Below are positions 48,134 through 58,379 of a DNA stretch of 64,000 nt, piece after piece (position 1 is the stretch's first letter; each line of letters opens with the position of its first letter). The position numbers were made by a program, and so were the translations under genes. This stretch comes from Candidatus Bathyarchaeia archaeon (GTDB lineage Archaea; Thermoproteota; Bathyarchaeia; Bathyarchaeales; Bathycorpusculaceae), in the NCBI GenBank assembly GCA_050010755.1, contig JBEKKK010000001.1, positions 1,024,001 to 1,088,000 of the forward strand. Reading direction: 5' to 3'. The notes below the pieces were generated by a model, which made no database searches, had not been told where the DNA came from, and was given only the letters and a program-made list of their open reading frames with translations.

Positions 48134-49702
48134 TTGGCCACGTCGAAGGAACCTTCAGTCGAGGAGAAGATCAAGAAACTAAAGAGCATGAGGGAGCAGG
48201 CTGGCCTAGGTGGTGGGCAGAAACGAATTGAGGAGCAGCATGCAAAAGGCAAGCTGACGGCTAGAGAGCGCATTAACCTCTTACTCGATGAAGGCAGTTT
48301 CAACGAGATTGACCAGTTTGTCGTTCACCAATGCACCGAATTTGGAGTGTCTGACCGTAAGTTTCTCGGGGACGGCGTAGTCACGGGTTATGGCACGATA
48401 GACGGCAGACTCGTCTACGTCTTCTCGCAGGATTTCACGGTTTTCGGAGGATCGCTCGGCGAGATGTTTGCGAAGAAAGTGTGCAAGCTCATGGATTTAG
48501 CTTTGAAAACAGGTGCACCCGTAATCGGTTTGAATGATTCTGGCGGTGCCAGGATTCAGGAGGGTGTGGCGAGCCTGGCGGGTTACGGTGACATCTTCTT
48601 CAGAAATGTGATAAGCTCAGGAGTTGTGCCGCAGATTTCAGCTGTTTTAGGACCCTGCGCTGGCGGAGCTGTTTATTCGCCGGCCTTGACCGACTTCATA
48701 ATCATGGTGGACAAGACAAGCCACATGTTCATAACAGGCCCAGACGTTGTTAAAACGGTGCTGGGGCAAGAGGTGTCTTTCGAGGATCTTGGCGGAGCCA
48801 TGATACACAGTCAAACAAGCGGCGTTGCCCACTTCATCGCAAAAGACGAAGAACAGTGCATACAAATCGTAAAGAAGATTTTGAGCTACTTGCCCAGCAA
48901 CTACTTGGAGGATCCGCCTATCGTCGAGACCGGCGACGACCCGAACCGCACTGATGAAGGCTTGGCCAAAGTGCTGCCAGAAGATCCTGACAAGCCCTAC
49001 AACACGAAAGATATCATCGTTCGAGTGGTCGATAACGGCGAATTCTTTGAAATTCAGCCCCTGTGGGCGCAGAACATCGTAATCGGCTTCGCGCGGTTGA
49101 ACGGGAAATCGATAGGGATAGTGGCTAACCAGCCGACGCACTATGCTGGAGCGTTAGACATTAACAGTTCGATGAAGGCAGGCAGGTTCGTCCGTTTCTG
49201 CGACGCCTTTAACATTCCGATAGTGACGTTCGTGGATGTGCCCGGTTTCTTGCCAGGCATGGAACAGGAACACGGCGGGATAATCAAGCACGGCTCCAAG
49301 CTGCTATACGCCTATTGCGAAGCCACAGTGCCGAAAGTGACGGTCATCATCAGAAAAGATTACGGTGGAGCTTACGACGTCATGGGAAGCAAACATTCGG
49401 GCGCAGACATCAACTATGCGTGGCCAACGGCTGAGATCGCCGTCATGGGTCCACATGGCGCCATCAACATAATCTTCAGAAAGGAAATCTCTGAAGCCAA
49501 AGACCCTCAGGAAAAACACAACGAGCTTGTCGCTGAGTACCGCCAGAAATTCGCAAGTCCCTACATCGCCGCCCAGAAAGGATACATAGACGAGGTCATC
49601 GAACCCTCCGAGACCCGGCCGAAGCTCATTAGCGCCCTCGAAAGCCTGGCTACAAAACGCGAAACTCGCCCAGCCAAAAAACACTCCAACGTGCCATTAT
49701 GA
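48134..49702 (+). CDS. Acyl-CoA carboxyltransferase (PccB/MmdA/transcarboxylase 12S-like)
   Basis: [56 protein letters not shown]. Confidence 0.93.
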   Translation: MATSKEPSVEEKIKKLKSMREQAGLGGGQKRIEEQHAKGKLTARERINLLLDEGSFNEIDQFVVHQCTEFGVSDRKFLGDGVVTGYGTIDGRLVYVFSQDFTVFGGSLGEMFAKKVCKLMDLALKTGAPVIGLNDSGGARIQEGVASLAGYGDIFFRNVISSGVVPQISAVLGPCAGGAVYSPALTDFIIMVDKTSHMFITGPDVVKTVLGQEVSFEDLGGAMIHSQTSGVAHFIAKDEEQCIQIVKKILSYLPSNYLEDPPIVETGDDPNRTDEGLAKVLPEDPDKPYNTKDIIVRVVDNGEFFEIQPLWAQNIVIGFARLNGKSIGIVANQPTHYAGALDINSSMKAGRFVRFCDAFNIPIVTFVDVPGFLPGMEQEHGGIIKHGSKLLYAYCEATVPKVTVIIRKDYGGAYDVMGSKHSGADINYAWPTAEIAVMGPHGAINIIFRKEISEAKDPQEKHNELVAEYRQKFASPYIAAQKGYIDEVIEPSETRPKLISALESLATKRETRPAKKHSNVPL

Positions 49703-49852
49703 ATTAGAGCCTATTTGATTCGTACGGGAGTGGCGTCAAGTCTGCGATCTTACCCGCCAGTTTAGGCTAAGTGAATATCTTGACATGGTCGCTTTGGTGC
49801 GAAGCCTTTAAGAATCGTCGAGTCGGCTGTTTGTTGTTTCAGGTTTGAAAGC

Positions 49853-51226
49853 ATGAGCGAGTCCGCTGGGCAAGGGTTGTTTTCTGGCAACTGGTCTCGA
49901 AATTACGGTTTGCTTTTGGCAATCGTGTTTCTTGCGAATTTTGCGAGTTCGATGGTTTCGGGTTCAGCCGTGTTTTTTCTGGTCAAGTCTTTGGCAGTGA
50001 CTCCTGAGGCTACGACGGAATTCATTGGAGTTTTGATTTCCGTGAGCAGTCTAGCTCTGATTTCAGGGAGTTTTGCTGGAGGTTTTCTCGCGGATAGAGT
50101 CGGTAAGAAGCTGACGATTGGTTTGGCCTGCGTGGTCCTCGCCCCAAGCTTGTTTTTCTATTCGGTCGTCAACAGCGTGTTCCTGGTCGTGATCGGATAT
50201 TTCGCGCAGATGTTTGCGATGGCCTTGTTTCAGCCGGCTTTCACTGCTTTCGTGGCTGATTTGAGCAGGTTGAGTTCGAGGGGGAGAGCTTTCGGCGGTT
50301 TCAACTTGTTTTGGATGATTAGTACGGTTCCGGCGCCTTTGATAGGTGGAATATTGGTTGACCGTGTGGGGCTGCGTTTTCCTTTCATGATTGGCTCTGC
50401 GGTGGCCGTTGCAGGTTTGGTAGCTTCTTTCGGGCTTGTGAACCTCTCTGGCAGGGTTGTTCCCCTGGGCGAAGTTTCGGACGGTCAGGTTGCTGAAAAG
50501 GCTCCGATGCCATTGGCCAAGGTTCTGTGGCTTTTCGGGGCAATCTCTCTTTTCACGGGCTTGGCTAACGGGTTGGGTGGACCTTTGCTCAGAGATTTTC
50601 CAATATACAAGTTGGGTGTAGATGCCACACAGTTGGGCCTGATATTCTCATTGGGTTCAGGTTTGGCGACCGCGCTAGTTCAGGTTCCTGGCGGATTCTT
50701 GACGGACAGGTTCGGCCGGAAGCCACTGATGCTCATAAGCTTGCTGGGAGCGCCTTTTGTCGTTGGTTTGGCATTCACTGGGTCACTCTCCCAATTTATC
50801 CTCGTCTGCGTGGGTTTGTTTGCTTTTGGCAACCTCGGTTCTCCAGCGTATCAGGCCTGGCTGATGGAGCTTGTTCACGACGCGCGGAGAGCGAGAGTTT
50901 GGGGATTAATGAACGCGATTATGGGTGCGGGATCGTTTTTTGGGCCTTTCCTCGCCACTTGGCTCTTCCAGACTCAAGCGTGGGTCGCCGTCCCGTTTAT
51001 AGTGGCGGCTGTTCCATGGGTCGTGCAAGTTCCGCCCATCTTGAAACTGGCAGAGACCAAAAAAAGGGAAAAGCCGTCTCCTCACAGTCCACCTATACGC
51101 TTTCGGGTGCGCAGCGTTCCTCATGTTCTAAAGGTGTTTAAACGAGCCATCAGAATGTTCCAACAGAACCACCAGAAATTAATAGGGCTTCGCCGCATTT
51201 TTGCACGTTTGAGGCAAGAGAGTTAA
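49853..51226 (+). CDS. MFS transporter
   Basis: GGFLADRVGKK and GGFLTDRFGRK; about 12 TM helices. Confidence 0.88.
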   Translation: MSESAGQGLFSGNWSRNYGLLLAIVFLANFASSMVSGSAVFFLVKSLAVTPEATTEFIGVLISVSSLALISGSFAGGFLADRVGKKLTIGLACVVLAPSLFFYSVVNSVFLVVIGYFAQMFAMALFQPAFTAFVADLSRLSSRGRAFGGFNLFWMISTVPAPLIGGILVDRVGLRFPFMIGSAVAVAGLVASFGLVNLSGRVVPLGEVSDGQVAEKAPMPLAKVLWLFGAISLFTGLANGLGGPLLRDFPIYKLGVDATQLGLIFSLGSGLATALVQVPGGFLTDRFGRKPLMLISLLGAPFVVGLAFTGSLSQFILVCVGLFAFGNLGSPAYQAWLMELVHDARRARVWGLMNAIMGAGSFFGPFLATWLFQTQAWVAVPFIVAAVPWVVQVPPILKLAETKKREKPSPHSPPIRFRVRSVPHVLKVFKRAIRMFQQNHQKLIGLRRIFARLRQES

Positions 51227-51241
51227 GGGAAGCTAACCAGC

Positions 51242-52786
51242 TTGGCTTCGAAACCCGTCAAAATCACGGATACCACTTTTCGGGATGCGCACCAGAGCCT
51301 ACTCGCCACCAGAATGCGGACCGAGACAATGCTTCCAATAGCTGAGAAGATGGATAAAGTCGGTTTCTTCTCGCTGGAGGCCTGGGGCGGGGCGACGTTC
51401 GACGTTTCAATTCGTTTTCTAAACGAGGATCCTTGGGAACGTATCCGAGAGCTGAAGCGGCACGTTAGACGGACACCGCTGCAGATGCTTCTGCGGGGAC
51501 AGAACGTGGTCGGCTATCGCAACTACCCGGACGACGTAGTTATAAAGTTCGTCGAAAAAGCCGCTGAGAACGGTGTCGACATTTTCAGGATATTCGACGC
51601 GTTGAACGACATTAGAAACATGGAAGTCGCAATCAAAACAGTCAAGAAGGTCGGGAAGCACGCGCAGGGGACAATCAGTTACACCATAAGCCCAGTCCAC
51701 ACTGTCGGACATTTCGTGGAATTTGCGAAGCAGCTCGCAGCGTTGCATTGTGACTCTATCTGCATAAAGGACATGGCTGGCATGCTCGCACCGCAGCCCG
51801 CGTACGACTTGATCAGGGCTCTGAAGAAAGAAGTGGAGTTGCCAGTGCATTTGCACACTCATAGCACCAGCGGAATGGCGATGATGACCTATCTACGCTC
51901 TTGCGAGGCGGGTGTCGACATCTTAGACACAGCATTCTCTCCCTTGGCATGGGGCACGTCTCAGCCGCCTGTGGAGTCCGTCGTCGCGGGGCTCAGGGGA
52001 ACGCCATATGACACGGGTCTGAACAGCGAGCTTCTGGACGAAATTGCACAATATTTCAGAGAACTGCGCGAAAAGTACTATGATCCATTGAAGCTCATCG
52101 ACCCGAAGGCTGAAAGAGTTGATGCCTCGATAATCGTTCATCAGATTCCTGGTGGAATGTTTTCCAACCTGTTGGAGCAGCTTCGCGAGCAGAAAGCACT
52201 TGACCGGCTGAACGAGGTTCTCGAAGAAGTGCCTAAGGTCAGAAAGGAGCTAGGATATCCACCTCTTGTGACGCCTACCAGTCAGCTGGTGGGAATACAG
52301 GCCGTCCTAAACGTTATTTCAGGAAAACGGTACAGCATCGTTCCGAATGAAATAAAGGACTATGTTCGAGGCCTCTATGGAAAACCCCCGGGGCCGATAG
52401 ACCCAAAAATCAAGAAGAAAATCATCGGCGACGAGGAACCCATAACAGGCCGCCCAGCCGACAAGCTGAAACCAGCACTGGACAAGATACCAGAAGATGT
52501 TAAGCCTTATCTGGAGACTGAAGAGGACAAGATTACCTACGCACTTTTCCCTCAGACGGCCTTAGAATTCTTCAAAAAGAGAAAAGCCAGGCACCAGGAG
52601 ACGAAACCGGCAATCGCGCCTGAAAGGCTTGCTGAACTCGAAGAAGTTGCCGCACTATCAGCCACACTTGCTACCGTCACTACATACAGTTCGGGCATCC
52701 AAGCACTTGTCCAGCACCGCCCCAAGGGGACGATATCACCATGGGTTCTTGCAGGCCGCCAGAGCATGACAGAAAGAGGCGGCTAG
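51242..52786 (+). CDS. Pyruvate/oxaloacetate carboxyltransferase (OadA/PycB/transcarboxylase 5S-like), no biotinyl domain, epsilon-like tail
   Basis: RDAHQSLLATR, WGGATFD, QMLLRGQN, IKDMAG, HTH, HQIPGGM, VTPTSQ. Confidence 0.92.
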   Translation: MASKPVKITDTTFRDAHQSLLATRMRTETMLPIAEKMDKVGFFSLEAWGGATFDVSIRFLNEDPWERIRELKRHVRRTPLQMLLRGQNVVGYRNYPDDVVIKFVEKAAENGVDIFRIFDALNDIRNMEVAIKTVKKVGKHAQGTISYTISPVHTVGHFVEFAKQLAALHCDSICIKDMAGMLAPQPAYDLIRALKKEVELPVHLHTHSTSGMAMMTYLRSCEAGVDILDTAFSPLAWGTSQPPVESVVAGLRGTPYDTGLNSELLDEIAQYFRELREKYYDPLKLIDPKAERVDASIIVHQIPGGMFSNLLEQLREQKALDRLNEVLEEVPKVRKELGYPPLVTPTSQLVGIQAVLNVISGKRYSIVPNEIKDYVRGLYGKPPGPIDPKIKKKIIGDEEPITGRPADKLKPALDKIPEDVKPYLETEEDKITYALFPQTALEFFKKRKARHQETKPAIAPERLAELEEVAALSATLATVTTYSSGIQALVQHRPKGTISPWVLAGRQSMTERGG

Positions 52787-52788
52787 AA

Positions 52789-53346
52789 TTGCCTACCTAC
52801 GAAGCCACCATAAACGGCAAACAAAGAAAAATCGAACTGAACAGAACCTCGCCAAACTCTTTCACAGCCAAGGTGGATGGCAAACTGCGGCAAATCAAAC
52901 TTCAAAGAGACGGAATCACTTCGGAAGAAGCCTCTGTCATAGAAATAGACGGCAAAACCTACAAAGTTGAACTGTCCAAAACCGAGCCGGGAAAGAAGAT
53001 TCCTGTCAAAGTGGAGGAAGCCAAGTTTGAAGTGGAAGTCCAGACTGCAAAGAGGGGACAGGCGTTTACGAGTTTCGAACCGACACTTCAAGTTGCCGCG
53101 AAAAAAACGGGAACGATGAGGAAGGCTGGTGTCGAGGGTGCGGTGACCGCTCCCATGACTGGCAGGATAGTTAAGGTCAAGGTGAGGAAGGGCGACCAAA
53201 TTAAGGCGGGCCAGGTTCTGTGCGTGGTTGAAGCGATGAAGATGGAGAATGAGATCTCGGCTCCCCGAGCTGGGACGGTTCAAGAGGTAAATGTTGCCGA
53301 TGGAACGCCTGTGAACGAAGGGGAAACGCTCTTCGTAATAGGTTAG
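52789..53346 (+). CDS. Biotin carboxyl carrier protein (1.3S-like)
   Basis: APMTG...[10 protein letters not shown]. Confidence 0.93.
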   Translation: MPTYEATINGKQRKIELNRTSPNSFTAKVDGKLRQIKLQRDGITSEEASVIEIDGKTYKVELSKTEPGKKIPVKVEEAKFEVEVQTAKRGQAFTSFEPTLQVAAKKTGTMRKAGVEGAVTAPMTGRIVKVKVRKGDQIKAGQVLCVVEAMKMENEISAPRAGTVQEVNVADGTPVNEGETLFVIG

Positions 53347-55025
53347 AAAATGGAAGGCGGTTTGTACTCGCCGAACACTTCTCGCAAGGTTCGGCAGATC
53401 TCGCCCAACGTTGCATACTCCTTCACGGCTTCGAAGATGAGCGGCATTAGGTTCACGTTTTCCTGTTCAGCTGCCCCACGGAGCTTGTGCAAGCTTTCCC
53501 TGGTTTTGGCTTCGTCTCTTCGCTGCTTGACCATTTTCAACTGTTCGACAAGTCTCTTCTCGATGGCTGGGTCTAGCTGTAACAGTTTCATCGGAACCTG
53601 TTCTTCGCTCAGAAAGTCGTTAACGCCTATCACGGTTCGCTTCTTGGTTTCAACGTCCTTCTGGAAACTGTAAGCGCTTTCCGTGATTTCCCGCTGCATG
53701 AAACCCTTCTCGATGGCTGCAACTGCTCCGCCCATGCCGTCGATGTGTTCAATGTATTTCTGTGCTCTCTCCTCAATCTCGTTCGTGAGGGACTCCAAGT
53801 AGTACGCGCCTCCCAAGGGATCAGCAGTTTCCGTCACTCCACTCTCGTGGGCGATTATCTGCTGCGTCCTAAGGGCAACGGTGACTGCCTGTTCGCTCGG
53901 CAATGCGTAGGCTTCGTCGAAGGAGTTCGTGTGCAGAGACTGTGTCCCCCCAAACACGGCTGACAACGCCTGCAGCGCCACTCGGACGATGTTGTTGTAG
54001 GGTTGTTGAGCGGTGAGTGAAACACCGGAAGTCTGAGTGTGGAACCGTAGCATCCAGGAGTTCGCATTCTTGGCTCCGAAGCGTTCCCTCATGATTCGCG
54101 CCCACAGACGCCTCGCAGCTCTGAACTTTGCAATTTCCTCAAGGAAGTTGCTGTGTGCTGCGAAGAAGAATGACAACCTGCCTGCGAACTTATCCAAGTC
54201 CAGTCCTCTGTCGATCGCGGCCTGAACATACGCGATGCCGTTGGCGAGTGTGAACGCGATTTCCTGAACTGCCGTGGAACCGGCTTCTCGGATGTGGTAT
54301 CCGCTTATGCTGATGGTGTTCCATTGGGGCATGTTTCGGCTGCAATACTCGAAAATGTCTGTTACCATGCGCATCGAAGGCTTGGGCGGGAAAATGTACA
54401 TGCCTCTAGCGACGTATTCCTTCAGAACGTCATTTTGCACGGTCCCCCCAAGCTTGGGTTGCTCGACACCCTGCTTTTGCCCCACGACGGCGTACATTGC
54501 GAGCAGAACGTTTGCCGGAGCGTTAATGGTCATGGAAGTGGTGACCTTGTCGAGGGGAATTCCGTCAAATAAGACTTCCATATCTCGTAGCGTGCTTGCG
54601 CTGACTCCCACTTTACCTACTTCGCCGAGGGCCATTTGATCGTCACAGTCGTAGCCGACTTGCGTTGGAAAGTCGAACGCCACGCTTAAGCCTGTTTGGC
54701 CGTGGCCGAGCAGGTATTTGAAGCGTTGGTTCGTCTGCTCTGCAGTTCCGAAGCCCGCGTACTGGCGCATGGTCCAATATCTCGCTCGGTACATCGTTGG
54801 ATAAACGCCGCGGGTGAAGGGAAAATCTCCTGGAAAACCCAAATCAAGCAGGTAATCGACGTTTTTGGTTTCGATGGGAGTGTAAACTCGGCTGACTGGA
54901 ATATGGGAAGTTGTTGAAAACTCGCCTCTCTCTGGAAGCTTGTCGAAGCTTTTCAGGACTGTCTCTGCTTCCCATTTTTGCTTGTGCTGAACGATTTCAT
55001 CAAGCTTTTGCTTGTCAGATGGCAA
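53343..55025 (-). CDS. Methylmalonyl-CoA mutase, substrate-binding (large) subunit
   Basis: [10 protein letters not shown] (Tyr), [12 protein letters not shown] (Arg), [18 protein letters not shown]; no B12-binding domain; start TTG 55025 with GGTG upstream. Confidence 0.92.
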   Translation of the reverse strand: MPSDKQKLDEIVQHKQKWEAETVLKSFDKLPERGEFSTTSHIPVSRVYTPIETKNVDYLLDLGFPGDFPFTRGVYPTMYRARYWTMRQYAGFGTAEQTNQRFKYLLGHGQTGLSVAFDFPTQVGYDCDDQMALGEVGKVGVSASTLRDMEVLFDGIPLDKVTTSMTINAPANVLLAMYAVVGQKQGVEQPKLGGTVQNDVLKEYVARGMYIFPPKPSMRMVTDIFEYCSRNMPQWNTISISGYHIREAGSTAVQEIAFTLANGIAYVQAAIDRGLDLDKFAGRLSFFFAAHSNFLEEIAKFRAARRLWARIMRERFGAKNANSWMLRFHTQTSGVSLTAQQPYNNIVRVALQALSAVFGGTQSLHTNSFDEAYALPSEQAVTVALRTQQIIAHESGVTETADPLGGAYYLESLTNEIEERAQKYIEHIDGMGGAVAAIEKGFMQREITESAYSFQKDVETKKRTVIGVNDFLSEEQVPMKLLQLDPAIEKRLVEQLKMVKQRRDEAKTRESLHKLRGAAEQENVNLMPLIFEAVKEYATLGEICRTLREVFGEYKPPSIF

Positions 55026-55155
55026 GAGATGCACCTTAAGGCTAGACTGTCTGAGAAGCATAAAAGAATTGTCGGAAACCTGCACCTTCCGAAAGCTGGG
55101 TAGGAACTGAAACAGATATATAGCGACTTCAAGTCTAGATAACATTGGCGCTCGG

Positions 55156-55455
55156 GTGCCTTCTTTGAGAGTTAAGGTTGAATATCTGGGCCACATCAAG
55201 AACATGCTTGGCAACCGCCGAGAGGAAGAGATTGACGTACATGACGATACGTCGATATGCGACCTGCTAACGGTGCTTTCTGAGAAGCACGGGAAGTCAT
55301 TCAAGGAGGCCCTTTATGAAGCCGGCGGAAAGGACATAAAGTCAAATTTCATAGCCACGGTAAACGGTTACCTTCTTAATCAGTTAAACGGCCTTGAGAC
55401 AAAACTCAAGAACGGAGACCACGTGGTGCTGATGCCCATCGTGAGCGGCGGCTGA
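55156..55455 (+). CDS. MoaD/SAMP ubiquitin-like sulfur carrier
   Basis: VNG...L..GD...PIVSGG C-terminus. Confidence 0.9.
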   Translation: MPSLRVKVEYLGHIKNMLGNRREEEIDVHDDTSICDLLTVLSEKHGKSFKEALYEAGGKDIKSNFIATVNGYLLNQLNGLETKLKNGDHVVLMPIVSGG

Positions 55456-55518
55456 GCAAAGGGACAAAGCATTTTAGCCCAGAATTATAAACGGCTCCTT
55501 TGTTAACGGTGAAAAGCG

Positions 55519-56592
55519 TTGGACAGGGTAGAGGCTTTAGGCGAATTGGCTTTTGAGAAGAAGAGTTTCGACGCGTTTCTGGTTGGTAACGAAAAGAACC
55601 TGCTGTATCTTACCGGAACTCCGGGCGCGTTCTGTCTACTGATTCCAAGAAGAGGCGAAAGCACACTCTTCGTCTACGGTACTAATTACGAGCAGACGAA
55701 AGCGGAAACAAAAAGCTTCAATGTTGAGCTTCTCAAGCGAGGAGACGAATTTTCTGACAGAGTCGCACCATTGCTCAAGGCATCTAAGATTGAGAAAATT
55801 GCGGTGGACGCGCTGAGCCATGATTTCTACCGCTTCCTTGCCAAAGGTTTCCGGGGACGCGCTAGAATGAAAGTGCAGAGTGGACTCATCTGGAATCTGC
55901 GCAGAGTCAAAGAAGAAGAAGAAATTCGACTCATGCGAAAGGCCGGAACGATTACAAGTGCAGGTATGCAGGCAGCTTATGAAACCATTAGACCAGGGAT
56001 TACCGAAATCGAGGTTGCCGCGGAAATCGAGTACGCGATGCGCAGGGAGGGCGGCTGGGGAACGGGATTCGAGACCATAGTAGCATCAGGCGTCCGATCG
56101 GCCTACCCGCACGGCGGGTGCGCTGACAGAAAAATCCGCGCAGGAGATCTTGTAGTCGTGGACATTGGCTCCAGCTATGAATACTATCTTTCGGACATGA
56201 CAAGGACAATCGTGGCTGGAAAATCCTCTGAAAAACAAGCGAAAATGTACGAAGCTGTCAAAACGGCCCAAGAAAAGGCATATCAAGCAATAAGAGCAGG
56301 AGCAAGAGCCAAAGACATAGATCTGACAGCCCGCAAAAAACTAGAGGACGCAGGGTACGGGCCGTATTTCGTCCACTCTCTGGGCCACGGTGTAGGCTTG
56401 GACATTCATGAACCTCCCGGCTTAGGAGCGACGAGCAAAGACGTATTGGTCGCCCGCAACGTTGTGACAAACGAGCCCGGAATATACATTCCTGACTTCG
56501 GAGGCGTTCGCATCGAAGACACCGTCCTGGTGGGAGAGGGCAAAGCCGAGAAACTTACGAAGGGTCCGTACACCCTGGAACCCGAAAAATAG
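55519..56592 (+). CDS. Xaa-Pro aminopeptidase/prolidase (M24)
   Basis: PHG, DIG, SDMTRT, HSLGHGVGLDIHE, EPGIY, GVRIED. Confidence 0.93.
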   Translation: MDRVEALGELAFEKKSFDAFLVGNEKNLLYLTGTPGAFCLLIPRRGESTLFVYGTNYEQTKAETKSFNVELLKRGDEFSDRVAPLLKASKIEKIAVDALSHDFYRFLAKGFRGRARMKVQSGLIWNLRRVKEEEEIRLMRKAGTITSAGMQAAYETIRPGITEIEVAAEIEYAMRREGGWGTGFETIVASGVRSAYPHGGCADRKIRAGDLVVVDIGSSYEYYLSDMTRTIVAGKSSEKQAKMYEAVKTAQEKAYQAIRAGARAKDIDLTARKKLEDAGYGPYFVHSLGHGVGLDIHEPPGLGATSKDVLVARNVVTNEPGIYIPDFGGVRIEDTVLVGEGKAEKLTKGPYTLEPEK

Positions 56593-56647
56593 TTGACCAT
56601 AAACTTTTTCTATTCTTTACTCATGAATTTACTCAGGAGCTGAGTTC

Positions 56648-57205
56648 TTGGACTATAAGGCTGTGATTGTTCTGGACATGCTGAACGACTTCGTCACCGG
56701 AGGTTTGAAGTGCGAGAGATGCGTGCACATCATTCCAAACCTCAAGAAGCTTGTGGTCGCAGCCCGCAAACAGGGAGTACCCGTCATTTACGCCAACGAT
56801 GCGCATCTTCCCGTCGATGAAGAGGTCGTTGAAAGATGGGGAAAACACGCGATAAAAGGCACCAAGGGAGCAGAGGTTATCACTGAGCTCAAACCACAGA
56901 AAAAGGATTACGTTGTTGAAAAACACACGTACAGCGGCTTCCACGAAACAGGCTTGGACATGCTTCTCAGGAGCCTGTACCATGGCGAAGGCGTCAAAAC
57001 AGTCATTCTTACGGGGTTACACACCAACATATGCGTCAGACATACGGCGGCAGATGCCTTCTTCAGGGGCTACAAGATAATAATAGCAAAGGACGGCGTT
57101 GAAGCTTTCACCAAAGAAGATCACGAGAAAGGATTGGAATACCTAAGAAACATCTACAACGCAAAGATTAAGACCATTGACGAAATCATTAGTGGTTTCA
57201 GTTAG
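56648..57205 (+). CDS. Isochorismatase/nicotinamidase-family cysteine hydrolase
   Basis: DMLNDF, EK..YSGF, GLHTNICV. Confidence 0.9.
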   Translation: MDYKAVIVLDMLNDFVTGGLKCERCVHIIPNLKKLVVAARKQGVPVIYANDAHLPVDEEVVERWGKHAIKGTKGAEVITELKPQKKDYVVEKHTYSGFHETGLDMLLRSLYHGEGVKTVILTGLHTNICVRHTAADAFFRGYKIIIAKDGVEAFTKEDHEKGLEYLRNIYNAKIKTIDEIISGFS

Positions 57206-57648
57206 CCTATTTTCCTCTTTCTCTTGTTCTAGCTGAAGGAAACAGTATTTACCAGAATCAAAACAGAATGTCATAATCTGCATTGCTGACAGGTTTTTCA
57301 ATAAAACTGAAAAATCTGAATAAGAAATCGGCTTTTCATCGGTTTTGAAGGGGTTCTATCTTGTCTTTTGGCAAATTCGATTCAAAAACGGAGGAAAAAC
57401 TTAAAAGCAAGATGTGCATGCATAGTGGGAATTGAATGAGGGAAATGGTAGTTAAGTTTTTATCCCTTCTCTCCTTTCTCCCCTCGTAAGTAAAACTACC
57501 ATCTTCCCTCATCTTCAATTTAAGGCGATCATTAAGCACTTATAGGTTGTGGAACAAAGTTCTATTCTTACAGAAAACATGCGTTTGAGCAGGATGACTC
57601 AAGACTTAAAACGGCATCACGTCATTAGAATTTCGGAGCGTAGCGCAC

Positions 57649-58128
57649 ATGGCAAAAGTTCTGATTGTTTATGATTCCGAGACCGGTAATACGGAGAAAA
57701 TGGCGTTGGCGGTTGCTGAGGGTGTAAAAGAGGTTAAGAGCGTCGAGGTGAGCGTGAAGAAAGTTGAACAGGCATGCCTCGATGACCTTTGCCGAGCTGA
57801 CGGCATCATAATGGGTTCACCAACGTACTATGGACAAATGTCGGGCAAACTCAAGATGTTCATCGACAGCTCGGAGAAGATACATGGGAAGCTTGAAGGA
57901 AAAGTTGGAGCGGCTTTCACAAGCTCAGGCGGGACGGCAACTGGTGCTGAAATAACACTTCTCTCGATTATCGAAACAATGCTGGTCCACGGAATGATTA
58001 TCAGAGGCAGATCGGATGACAAACACTTCGGCGCGGCGGCCGTTGGAGCACCCCACGCAAAAGAGATCGAATACTGCGAGGAACTCGGAAGAAGAGTCGC
58101 ACATCTTGTCCTCAAGCTAGAAGAATGA
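57649..58128 (+). CDS. Flavodoxin/WrbA-like protein
   Basis: YDSETGNT, GSPTYYG, GAAFTSSG. Confidence 0.9.
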   Translation: MAKVLIVYDSETGNTEKMALAVAEGVKEVKSVEVSVKKVEQACLDDLCRADGIIMGSPTYYGQMSGKLKMFIDSSEKIHGKLEGKVGAAFTSSGGTATGAEITLLSIIETMLVHGMIIRGRSDDKHFGAAAVGAPHAKEIEYCEELGRRVAHLVLKLEE

Positions 58129-58180
58129 ATTGATTTTGCGCGCGCGGAGCGACGCTTTCTCTGGTTTTGGGCGCTCGGAT

Positions 58181-58198
58181 CTACGAACGCGTTCGTAG
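58181..58198. repeat. Perfect 18-bp palindrome CTACGAACGCGTTCGTAG
   Basis: Self-complementary, read directly. Confidence 0.85.
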
Positions 58199-58379
58199 CT
58201 CATGTCAGTTGAGAATCAATACTTAGGAAAAAGATGTATCAATGCTTCTAACCATGGAGTTGCAGCGACAATATGAAATCGTATGACACAGTATTTATTA
58301 TAGGCTACGCAATAGTCAAGGCTAACGAAGGATACAACACGCTGACAACATGGGATTAATGAAGGGGGTGAAAGATGTC

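Noticed and set aside
48134-53346. Na+-pumping decarboxylase or ATP-dependent carboxylase
   Set aside because: The only membrane protein is an MFS rather than OadB/MmdB, and there is no biotin carboxylase locally; not excluded elsewhere in the genome.
55026-55304. Long N-terminal extension of the mutase (similar extensions on AsnA, BCCP, SdhA, PDO, MvhD)
   Set aside because: Artefact of longest-ORF calling; overlaps promoters or neighbouring genes, and better starts exist downstream.
57336-57539. 67-aa minus-strand ORF in an AT-rich spacer
   Set aside because: No recognisable motif or convincing start.
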